Assembly: GCA_045863395.1 (NCBI GenBank)
Contig: BTVJ01000001.1
Span: 1 to 64,000, forward strand
From: Myxococcales bacterium
Lineage (GTDB): Bacteria > Myxococcota_A > UBA9042 > JABWCM01 > BTVJ01
Length of the DNA: 64,000 bases
Direction: 5' to 3'
In this document: piece after piece, positions 56,045 to 64,000 of the stretch
Position numbering within the stretch: position 1 is the stretch's first letter
How the letters are laid out: each line of letters starts with the position of its first letter
Notes under the pieces: model-generated
Databases searched by the model: none
Seen by the model: only the letters and a program-made list of their open reading frames with translations
What the model was told of the DNA's origin: nothing
Program-made: the position numbers and the translations under genes

Positions 56045-57702
56045 GCCGCCTCGTGAGCCTGGTGGTCGTGCTCCTCGCGACGACCGCCCAAGGCGCCGTC
56101 CTCTGGCGCTCGCCCCAGATCAAGATCGACCGGGTGGACGCCTCCAACCCTCCCGCGCTCCGCATCTGGGCGACGTTCCTCGACCGGACGCAGCGACCCG
56201 TGCCCATCGACCAGGTGGAGAAGCTGGTCCTGACGGCGAAGCGGGACCGGCAGCGGGCCGAGCCGTTCGTCACGTTCCTGACGGGCAAGACCAATGAGAC
56301 GAAGGCGGAGCTCAAGCCGCGGCTCAAGGCGGAGCGCCCCATGGGGCTGCTCGTGGTCATGCCGGCGACCCTCAGCGGGGCCCTCGACCTGACGACCCTC
56401 GGGGAGTCGGTGCGCAACGCGGTCTCGGAGCTGTTCCGGCGCGCGATCGGCGGGAGCGACCGGGCCAACCTCATCTGGTACGCGGACGACCTGTTCACGT
56501 ACATCCCGACCGCGGGCAAGACCACCGAGCTGTCGAACCTGACCCACCGCCACCGGGAGTGCATCCGCGCGAGGGAGGACCTGGCGGAGAGGCCCGCGCC
56601 GGAGGACCCCGAGGCGGAGAAGCCCGAGGCAGGCAAGAAGCTGGTGGACCTGGGCTCGGAGGCGTGCGGCCTCGTCTCGAAGCACGGCGCCATCGCGGAC
56701 ATCGTCAAGGGCCTCGGCCTCCCCCGGGCCTTCTACCCCAACCTGTTCGGGCTCGGCGACGCGCTGGAGATGTGCCTGAAGCCCGAGCACGAGCGGCTGC
56801 GGCCGCCAGTCTCGCTGGACAGCGGGACCGGACCGGGGTCCGCCGTCACGGAGGCCCTGGAGATGCTCGTGCGGTCCGGCGAGGGCCTCGACGGCCTGGA
56901 GCTGGTGCTGGTGACCGACGGCCGCGACGGCTACCTCTTCCGGCGGGACGACTGTCGGACGGTGTTCCAGGACGAGCGGTGCCCGCGAACGGTGGCGCCG
57001 CAGCCCGCGGCGACCGGGAAGCCGGGGAAGGCGGGAAAGCCGACCAGGCTGTCCGACGAGCAGGTGACCGCCGTGCGCACCTGCGTGAGCGCCAACATGC
57101 ACGCGCTGCTCAAGAAGGAGCAGGAGGCCTTCGTCGACAGGGCGCGGGCCTGGCTGACGCTGGCGCGGGCGTCCGGCATCCGCATCCACGCCGTCGGGGT
57201 GCGCACGGGCCTGGAGGGGGAGAACGAGCTGGAGCTGGACCGGCTCCGGGTGCTCTCCCAGCAGACGGGCGGAACGTGGCGGCTGGCGGAGGACGCCAAC
57301 GAGGTCTACGAGCAGGTCACGAACCTCGCCGACGAGCTGGCGGGGCAGTACGTCATCGACGTCGAGGACGCGGGCATCGCGCCTGGGGAGACCGTGGAGC
57401 TCGGCATCACCGCGACGGTCCTCGACGGGCCGACCGTCGACGCCGCGGACGGGTTCGTGATCACGGCGGCGGTCGTGGAGACCGGCGCCCAGGGGCTCGC
57501 GAAGCGGACCTTCGAGCGGTTGGTCGACAAGGTTGGCTGGACCTGGGCGGTGGTCATCGCCATCGCGGTGGCAGTGATCGTCCTGCTCATCGTGCTGCTG
57601 ATCTTCTACAAGACGATCAAGGCCATCGTGGGCAAGCTCGCGAAGAAGGCGAAGGCGGCCGCGGGCGATGCGGCCAAGAAGGCCGTCGGAGGCAAGAAGT
57701 GA
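56038..57702 (+). CDS. Exported VWA-like protein with C-terminal TM anchor
   Basis: Signal peptide; LVLVTDGRD, IRIHAVG, LSQQTGG..Y pattern of the VWA fold; TM helix and Lys-rich tail. Confidence 0.65.
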   Translation: MLSRLVSLVVVLLATTAQGAVLWRSPQIKIDRVDASNPPALRIWATFLDRTQRPVPIDQVEKLVLTAKRDRQRAEPFVTFLTGKTNETKAELKPRLKAERPMGLLVVMPATLSGALDLTTLGESVRNAVSELFRRAIGGSDRANLIWYADDLFTYIPTAGKTTELSNLTHRHRECIRAREDLAERPAPEDPEAEKPEAGKKLVDLGSEACGLVSKHGAIADIVKGLGLPRAFYPNLFGLGDALEMCLKPEHERLRPPVSLDSGTGPGSAVTEALEMLVRSGEGLDGLELVLVTDGRDGYLFRRDDCRTVFQDERCPRTVAPQPAATGKPGKAGKPTRLSDEQVTAVRTCVSANMHALLKKEQEAFVDRARAWLTLARASGIRIHAVGVRTGLEGENELELDRLRVLSQQTGGTWRLAEDANEVYEQVTNLADELAGQYVIDVEDAGIAPGETVELGITATVLDGPTVDAADGFVITAAVVETGAQGLAKRTFERLVDKVGWTWAVVIAIAVAVIVLLIVLLIFYKTIKAIVGKLAKKAKAAAGDAAKKAVGGKK

Positions 57703-60008
57703 CGCCGCCGGTCATCGATCCCACCGAGCGCTTCCTGCTCATCGGCGGCCAGCCCTACGAGGTCCCGGGCGGGATCCGCATCGTCAACTACAAGCACCCG
57801 AACGCGTCGGTGCGCATGAGCTTCTACGACGCCCAGGGGCCGGACGGCGCCTTCGGAAGCAGCTTCGTCCACCCTCGGAGGAACAAGGGGCTCGACGTCA
57901 AGACGCTGGACGAGCTCAAAGAGGTCGTCCACATGATCGTGGTCCATACGGACTGCTGCTACAACTCCGCGCAGTGCTTCATGGTGCTCAAGGCGCGCCA
58001 GCTCTCGACCCACCTGATGATCGACTGGGACGGGACGGTGTACCAGGCCACGGACATCATGGATCAGGCGATCCACGCGGTGGGGGTGAACAAGCAGTCC
58101 GTCGGCATCGACATGAACAACGTGCTGCCCAACATGGCGCGCGATCCGGTCAAGCGCTCCTACGCACAGATCCTGGGCGGGAAGTACGCGGAGCAGGTGG
58201 CGGACCCCGCGTACAAGCGGCAGCTCTCCGAGCCGACCATCATCCAGGGGGGGCGCGTGCAGAGCTACGGCTACACCGACGCCCAGTACCGGGCGCTGGC
58301 GGGTGTGGTGGAGGTGCTGTCCACGGTGCTGCCGCGCATCAAGAAGCAGCACCCCATGGACGCTTCGGGGCGCGTCATCCCGCAGGTGGTGGAGGGGGGC
58401 ACTGCGTTCGAGGGCATCATCGCCCACTGGCACACCGAGGTGAACCGCTGGGACCCGGGCCCAGGCTTCGACTGGGACCGCCTCTACCACGCCCTGCGCG
58501 GCGAGGAGAACGTCTACCCCATCAAGCTGAACGAGGCGCAGGACGAGAAGGCGCTGTTCAACGAGTCCGCCATGGCGGAGGTCTCCGACCAGTTCTACCG
58601 CAACAACGAGCAGGGGCGCGGCGGCTACTACCCGCTCGGGATCAACCAGCAGTGGCACGGGGGGATCCACCTGCACGTCCCGAAGGGCACCCCGGTGCGG
58701 GCCATGCTCTCGGGGACGGTGGTGGCGGCCCACTTCGGGCCTCCCGTGGAGCTGGGGAGCAACAACTTCGTGGTGCTGCGCCACGAGGTCCCCATGCCCA
58801 GGGCGAACGACACGGAGGAGAACCCCACCAAACTCGTGGTGTACTCGCTGATGATGCACCTGGACGCGGTGGATCTGGAGGGCAAGGACCCGTCACGCAC
58901 CCCCGAGTGGCTGCGCGCCGTGGTGCAGGCAGGGGCCGCCGAGGAGGACGTGGAGAAGGAGCGCTTGAAGGCGCAGCGGGAGGAGGAGGACGAGGACCGC
59001 ACGGGGCTCGGGGGGGCCCGCAAGGCGGACGCCCCCTACCTGCGGATGGGCAAGGGGGGCATCGGCGCTCTGCGGCGCGGAGAGGTGGCGATCTTCGACT
59101 GGAAGGGGGCGGGGGCCATCCGGGTGGGGACGGGCGCCGTGGTCGGCTGGTCGGGGGAGTTCGGCGACGGCTACGAGACCGAGCCCCTGCTGCACGTGGA
59201 GCTCTTCGCCGACGGGAGCTGGCGGCGTGCCATCGACCTCGGCATCCACGCCCGCCACTGGGTGGAGATGCAGGAGGACGTCACAGCGAGTCTGCACGCG
59301 AACGCGGCAGATCTGCTGACGCTCGTGGGCGCGAGGCGCCCGAAGCTCGGTGATGGGGGGATGCTCCTGCCCAGGAAGCAGCTCCGCCCCCTGGACGTGG
59401 AGACCTTCTACCAGTCGGACAGCACCGAGGTGGAGAAGACCTACCTGCGCCGGGCCATCACCCGGCACGTCAGCGAATGGTCCGACGAGGTGGACTGGGT
59501 GCGCGCGCTCAGCGATGCGCAGGACTGGCGGGACCGGACCATCGACATCGACGCGCTGCTGCGCGGGGCCGGGGAGCGCTACCGGGACGGCATCTTCAGC
59601 CGGGAGATCCGCAAGATCCTCCCCTTCGTGTGGCTGACGAAGGAGGTGGCCGAGGGCATCGGCCTCGACGTCGCCGAGTGGAACGGGGTCTTGTACCACT
59701 TCCACCCCATCTGGTTCCTCCAGTGGCTCAAGTTCCACACGTCGACCCGGGTGCGGGTCATCTCCAAGGGCAAGTCCAGGAAAGAGCTGCAGAAGATGCT
59801 CGCCGAAGAGAAGGCCAAGGCAGACAAGGCCCGGGCCAAGCAGGCCGCCGGCGAGGCGCTCGGGGAGAACGAGGCCGAGCTCCTGGAGGGCCACGGAGCG
59901 TTCGTCGCCGAGGACATGGTCACCGAGGACACGAACCCGCGCGAGGTGCTCGACGACCTGCGCAGCATGCGGGGGCAGGGGCAGTGGCGCGACGTGTGGG
60001 AAGAGTAG
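57699..60008 (+). CDS. N-acetylmuramoyl-L-alanine amidase (amidase_2) fused to an M23-like domain
   Basis: IVVH, STHLMIDWDGTVYQ, HA...N..SVGID, YTDAQY, IIAH..RWDPGPGFDW; then WHGGIHL, PVRAM..G.VV, YSLMMHL, LHVE, YHFHPI; GTGA overlap with the upstream stop. Confidence 0.82.
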   Translation: MTPPVIDPTERFLLIGGQPYEVPGGIRIVNYKHPNASVRMSFYDAQGPDGAFGSSFVHPRRNKGLDVKTLDELKEVVHMIVVHTDCCYNSAQCFMVLKARQLSTHLMIDWDGTVYQATDIMDQAIHAVGVNKQSVGIDMNNVLPNMARDPVKRSYAQILGGKYAEQVADPAYKRQLSEPTIIQGGRVQSYGYTDAQYRALAGVVEVLSTVLPRIKKQHPMDASGRVIPQVVEGGTAFEGIIAHWHTEVNRWDPGPGFDWDRLYHALRGEENVYPIKLNEAQDEKALFNESAMAEVSDQFYRNNEQGRGGYYPLGINQQWHGGIHLHVPKGTPVRAMLSGTVVAAHFGPPVELGSNNFVVLRHEVPMPRANDTEENPTKLVVYSLMMHLDAVDLEGKDPSRTPEWLRAVVQAGAAEEDVEKERLKAQREEEDEDRTGLGGARKADAPYLRMGKGGIGALRRGEVAIFDWKGAGAIRVGTGAVVGWSGEFGDGYETEPLLHVELFADGSWRRAIDLGIHARHWVEMQEDVTASLHANAADLLTLVGARRPKLGDGGMLLPRKQLRPLDVETFYQSDSTEVEKTYLRRAITRHVSEWSDEVDWVRALSDAQDWRDRTIDIDALLRGAGERYRDGIFSREIRKILPFVWLTKEVAEGIGLDVAEWNGVLYHFHPIWFLQWLKFHTSTRVRVISKGKSRKELQKMLAEEKAKADKARAKQAAGEALGENEAELLEGHGAFVAEDMVTEDTNPREVLDDLRSMRGQGQWRDVWEE

Positions 60009-60122
60009 CGGGGCCGGGCGCCTTCGAGGGACCGGGCCCCGAGGGGCTGAGGTCCGGGGCGCTGGTGGTTGGTGGCCTGCCCGTGGCGCTGGTGTCGCGA
60101 GGGCCGGTGGAGGGCCAGGCGC

Positions 60123-61073
60123 CTAGTCGAGGGGAATTCTAGCGGCGTTCTCCGCAAGCCACTGGTCGAAGCTCTGGAGCGCCGGGTTGAGATCCCGGGC
60201 GATGGCGGGGTCGCGGACGCCGGCGAAGTGGTCCTCGAAGTCCACCTTGAACTGGAACATGTTGCCCAGGTCGTCGGCGCCGGGGAACCCGAAGGAGCGG
60301 TAGACGGCCGGGGTCACCGCGTTGAACCGGACCTCCTGGCCGAAGGCGCGCCCGAGGGCGGCGGCCATCTCCTCACCGGTCAGCCGGTCTCCCGCGATGG
60401 CGACGGTCTGCCCGTGCAGCGCGGCGCCCTTCCGGAAGACGCCCAGAGCGCACCGCCCGATGTCCTCGGCGGCGATGCCGGGGAGCTTGGCGTTGCCCGT
60501 GGGCAGCGTCAGCGCCAGCACGCCGTCCGGGCCTCGCTTGGGGCCCATGCCAAAGGCGATGAAGTTGTCCCAGTAGAAGGAGGTGAGCAGGAAGGTCGTG
60601 GGCACGCCGGCGGCGGTGAAGGCGGCGTCGGCCTCGCCCTTGGCGTCGAAGTGCGGGACCTTGTACTTGCCCATGAGGGTGGGCATGCGGTCATCGTCGA
60701 GGGACATGAAGCGGCGCGTGTCCTCCAGGGTCGACCAGACGGCGTGGGCGACGCCTGCCGCCGCCGCGGCGCGCGCCTGGTTGGTCGCCTGGGCCAGCTC
60801 CTTCTCCGGCGAGAAGTGCTCCCAGAAGTTGGTGATGCAGAAGGCGCCGTGGGCACCCGCGAAGGCCCGCTCCAGGCTCGCCTGGTCGTCCAGGTCGGCA
60901 GCCACGACCTCGGCGCCCGCCGCCGCGAGGGCCTGGGCCTTGGGCGAGGCCGGGTTGCGGGTAATGGCGCGGACGGCGAAGGCGCCGCTCGTGTCCGCGA
61001 GGATGGCGCGCACCAGGCCGCCGCCCTGTGCGCCGGTCGCGCCGACCACCGCGATGATCTTCCTGTCGCTCAT
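60123..61073 (-). CDS. NmrA-like NAD(P)-binding protein
   Basis: VVGATGAQGG, VRAITRN, TNFWE, WSTL, VPHFDAK. Confidence 0.92.
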   Translation of the reverse strand: MSDRKIIAVVGATGAQGGGLVRAILADTSGAFAVRAITRNPASPKAQALAAAGAEVVAADLDDQASLERAFAGAHGAFCITNFWEHFSPEKELAQATNQARAAAAAGVAHAVWSTLEDTRRFMSLDDDRMPTLMGKYKVPHFDAKGEADAAFTAAGVPTTFLLTSFYWDNFIAFGMGPKRGPDGVLALTLPTGNAKLPGIAAEDIGRCALGVFRKGAALHGQTVAIAGDRLTGEEMAAALGRAFGQEVRFNAVTPAVYRSFGFPGADDLGNMFQFKVDFEDHFAGVRDPAIARDLNPALQSFDQWLAENAARIPLD

Positions 61074-61330
61074 GATGGACCTCCGAGATGTGGGTATGTG
61101 GGGTGTCGGGGGGACAGTCGCGCTCGCCACCGCGCGGGTCAAGGGCGAGCAGCGTGGGCGCAAGCAGCGGCGCGGGCCCGCGGGGAGCAGGACCCTGGAG
61201 CGGCTCTCTGGGCGGGGACCGCCTCGCTGGGGACCGGGGGTGTGAGGGCCGCGCTGAACGTGCCGCGCCGCCTGGAATGGACCCGGCAGTGCGGCGCTGC
61301 TAGGCTCGCCGCGCAACGATCGAGGTGCTC

Positions 61331-62926
61331 ATGCCCGTCACCTCCCCGCGGTGGAGGACCCTGTGGTTGGCGCTCGCCGGCGCCCTGGTGCTGGCCACCC
61401 CCATGCACTACCGGGCGGAGGTGCACCCTGCCAACGAGGCGGCCCGGGTCTACGCGGCCCTCGCCCTGGTCCAGCACGGCACCGTGGCCCTCGACCCCGT
61501 GTTCGACCGGTACTTCCCGGGGTGGCGCGCCGGGACGCGGCCGCCCAACGTGGACGTGTCGTGGGGCCAGGGGCGCTACGTCCTCGACAAGGCGCCGGGG
61601 GTGACGCTGCTGGCCGTGCCCGTGGTGGGGCTCCTCCACGCCGCGGGGATGGACCCGGGGGACCCGGCAGCGTTCCCCTGGGTGCTCTGGCTTCTGACGC
61701 TGGTGGTGGTGGGGCTGCCGTCTGCGCTCACCGCGGCGCACCTTGGCGCGGCCCTTGCGGCGCGTCCCGTCGCGGTCGCTGCCCTGCTCGCGACCCCGTG
61801 GCTGGCCTACGGGGGGCTCCTGTTCGGCCACGGCCTCGCAGCGGCGTTGGTCGGGTCCGGGACCCTGCTCTCCCTCGGGGTGCCGGGCGGCGAGGCGTCC
61901 TCGATCCGGCGGACGGCGTTCGGGGGGCTGCTCCTCGGGCTGGCCGTACTCACCGAATACCCGGTCGCCGTCCTCGCCCTCGCGGTCGTGGTCGCCATGC
62001 TGGCTGACTCCACGCGGCGTCGCCGCCTGCCGTGGCTGCTCCTCGGGGCGCTGGGGCCGGCGGCCTCGCTCGCCGCCTGGAACTTCGCGTGCTTCGGTGA
62101 CCCCACGTCGCTCTCGTACAGCCACAAGACGAACCCGGAGTTCGCGGCGGTGATCGCGCAGGGCACCTTCGGGGTCTCGGCGCCTTCGCTCGAGCGCCTC
62201 GCCGAGCTGCTCGCCGGTCCGTCCCGCGGCCTCCTGCACCTGGCGCCCTGGCTCGTGGCGGGTCTCATTGGTGCCGTGGCGGCCGCGAGGGACCGGAGCC
62301 TCGCCGTCGCCTGGCGGGTGATGCTCCCCCTGGCCTGCCTCGGCTTCCCGGTGGTGATCAGCGGCTTCGTCGACTGGCGGGCCGGGGACTCCATGGGGCC
62401 GCGCCACCTGGTCCCCGTGATCCCGCTGCTGGGGCTGGCCGCCGCCCTCGTGCTGCGCGACAGACCCCGCCTGGCGGCGACGACCTGGGCCCTCGTCGCA
62501 TCGTCGGCGGCGCTGTGCGTCGTCGGCGCGTGGGCCTACCCGTACTTCCCGGCGAGCGTCAAGAACCCGCTGTTCGAGGTCGTGGTCCCGGTGCTGCTCG
62601 ACGGCGGGGCGCCTCCGGCGGCCATGGACGCGCTGCTGCCGCCCCCGCTGGGGCTCGCCTGCGGGCTCCTCGCCCTCGTGGCGCTGCTGGGACCGCCGGC
62701 CGTGCGGTCCCTGCGCGCCCTGCCCCATGTGGCGGTCGTCCTGGTGCTCGGCCTGGCGTTCGCGGTGGCCCACATCGCTGCCGCGATGCTCCCCGAGACC
62801 GGGGGGCCAGAGGGCGAGCGGGCGGTGCTCCAGGCCCGCGCTGCGGCCCTGGACGTGCTGGGGCACGAGGCCCAGGCGCGCGAGATCCGGAAGACGCTGC
62901 GTTCGCGCCCACCGGCGGGGCCGTGA
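61331..62926 (+). CDS. Multi-pass membrane protein, GT-C-like
   Basis: NE..R, DKAPG loop motif, many TM helices, W..G..GPRHL.P. Confidence 0.7.
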   Translation: MPVTSPRWRTLWLALAGALVLATPMHYRAEVHPANEAARVYAALALVQHGTVALDPVFDRYFPGWRAGTRPPNVDVSWGQGRYVLDKAPGVTLLAVPVVGLLHAAGMDPGDPAAFPWVLWLLTLVVVGLPSALTAAHLGAALAARPVAVAALLATPWLAYGGLLFGHGLAAALVGSGTLLSLGVPGGEASSIRRTAFGGLLLGLAVLTEYPVAVLALAVVVAMLADSTRRRRLPWLLLGALGPAASLAAWNFACFGDPTSLSYSHKTNPEFAAVIAQGTFGVSAPSLERLAELLAGPSRGLLHLAPWLVAGLIGAVAAARDRSLAVAWRVMLPLACLGFPVVISGFVDWRAGDSMGPRHLVPVIPLLGLAAALVLRDRPRLAATTWALVASSAALCVVGAWAYPYFPASVKNPLFEVVVPVLLDGGAPPAAMDALLPPPLGLACGLLALVALLGPPAVRSLRALPHVAVVLVLGLAFAVAHIAAAMLPETGGPEGERAVLQARAAALDVLGHEAQAREIRKTLRSRPPAGP

Positions 62927-62962
62927 TAGGCTGGCGGGCGGACCTGCACCCTGGAGGCGCCC

Positions 62963-63469
62963 ATGTCCTGGAGAGCCATCGCCATCCTCACCGTTCTCGC
63001 TGGCTGCGACTCCGAGCCGACGCCCTACCCCACCGCGAAGGACACGGCGGGTGGGGCAGACACGACGGGAGATGACGCGACCGACCCCGCAGTGGACGCC
63101 GGTGGGGACGCCGTCGCGGACAGCGGCGCCCCGGACGCGGGCCCCACGGAGCTGACCTGCGAGGAGCTCTCCGTCCGGTTCGTGGAGGAGCTATCCAAGC
63201 ACGCAGGGGCGTGGGACTCCTGCACGAAGGACTCACAGTGCTCGGTGCTGGTGAAGCCGAAGCTGGAGTGCAAGACCGTTGGGACGACCGTCACGGAGTG
63301 CGCGTGGGCGGTCAGCGACCCGTTGGCCTTCGCGACGCAGAAGGTGGCCATCGAGGACCTCCTGTGCCCCACGGCGCCCGCCGGTTGCAGCGCGACCCCG
63401 AGCTGTGCGCCCACCGCAGACAAGGGAGTCTGCGAGGGCGGCCACTGCACGACCAAGCTGGTCGAGTAG
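62963..63469 (+). CDS. Cys-containing lipoprotein
   Basis: GGAGG RBS, LAGC lipobox. Confidence 0.7.
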   Translation: MSWRAIAILTVLAGCDSEPTPYPTAKDTAGGADTTGDDATDPAVDAGGDAVADSGAPDAGPTELTCEELSVRFVEELSKHAGAWDSCTKDSQCSVLVKPKLECKTVGTTVTECAWAVSDPLAFATQKVAIEDLLCPTAPAGCSATPSCAPTADKGVCEGGHCTTKLVE

Positions 63470-63549
63470 CCGGGGCGAGAGGTCTGCGCGAGATCCAATG
63501 GGCGCGGGAGGGGCCAACGACGCCCTACCCAGCCCACCCCGCGCTCCTC

Positions 63550-63987
63550 TCACCGGGGCAGGTACACCGCCACCTGGACGCGCTCCCACGGTGGGGCATC
63601 GACGTCGACCGCCGTGACCCTCGCCACGAGGTGCCCACCCTGTAACAGGATGGCGCTCATCGCCCGGTTCAGATGCCGCGGCACGTAGCCGAGCATCGCG
63701 TCGCCCCAGAGGAGCCGGACTGCCTGGGGGTCCCAGCGGTTGGTGGGCTCCGCCTCCAGCAGGACGGCGTCGCCGGGCAGGACCAGGGGCGCCACTCGCA
63801 CCCCGTCGTGGTAGCGCAGGCCGGCCACGAAGAAGCGCTCCAGCAGGATGTCCGAAGCCCGCGGCGGCGCAGCGAGCGCCGGCAACGCCGGTCGGAGCAG
63901 CGCGCCCAGCCCGGGGACCAGGGACAGGAACGTGAGGAAGGTGCGCCGTGACGTGCCGCGGAGATCCATGGTGTCGTGTCTCGTCAT
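63550..63987 (-). CDS. HIRAN domain protein with Tat-like leader
   Basis: VAGLRYH, L.AEPTNRWDPQAV, LGYVPR; N-terminal SRRTFL; start 63987 or 63969. Confidence 0.82.
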   Translation of the reverse strand: MTRHDTMDLRGTSRRTFLTFLSLVPGLGALLRPALPALAAPPRASDILLERFFVAGLRYHDGVRVAPLVLPGDAVLLEAEPTNRWDPQAVRLLWGDAMLGYVPRHLNRAMSAILLQGGHLVARVTAVDVDAPPWERVQVAVYLPR

Positions 63988-64000
63988 CGGTGGGGTGGGG

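Noticed and set aside
56559..57698. N-terminal extension of the 1149-aa amidase ORF
   Set aside because: Overlaps the VWA-like gene out of frame; GTG 57699 coupled to its stop is the plausible start.

Overview
High-GC bacterial window, most likely Myxococcota or a related deltaproteobacterium. This is inferred from two MYXO-CTERM-like tails, many Cys-rich secreted repeat proteins and an ECF-FecR module. About 45 plausible genes; no rRNA, tRNA, integrase, transposase or true CRISPR array was recognised. The background is envelope and secreted functions: a LolCDE-like ABC transporter with a LolA-like protein, a BamA/TamA-like barrel, a haem-c/copper monooxygenase-like protein, a ceramidase, a lipase, an amidase-M23 fusion and two GT-C-like membrane proteins. 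Conflict-type genes are embedded in it. (i) A ~9.3 kb island at 20.6-29.9 kb: an uncharacterised ORF, two 21-bp arrays in inverted register, a deaminase-motif fragment between 31-bp direct repeats, a small ORF plus ClpP-fold SDH protease, a Type III R-M system whose Res ends in an apparently intact LexA/S24 autopeptidase, and a DUF4365 remnant. (ii) A divergent Hsp70-fold ATPase coupled to a protein with two GrpE-like modules. (iii) A SauUSI-like PLD-helicase-DUF3427 Type IV enzyme. (iv) A DUF6036 nucleotidyltransferase pair, Uma2 and a Tat-signal HIRAN protein. All family calls are by-eye motif recognition, not database searches, and several start codons are estimates.
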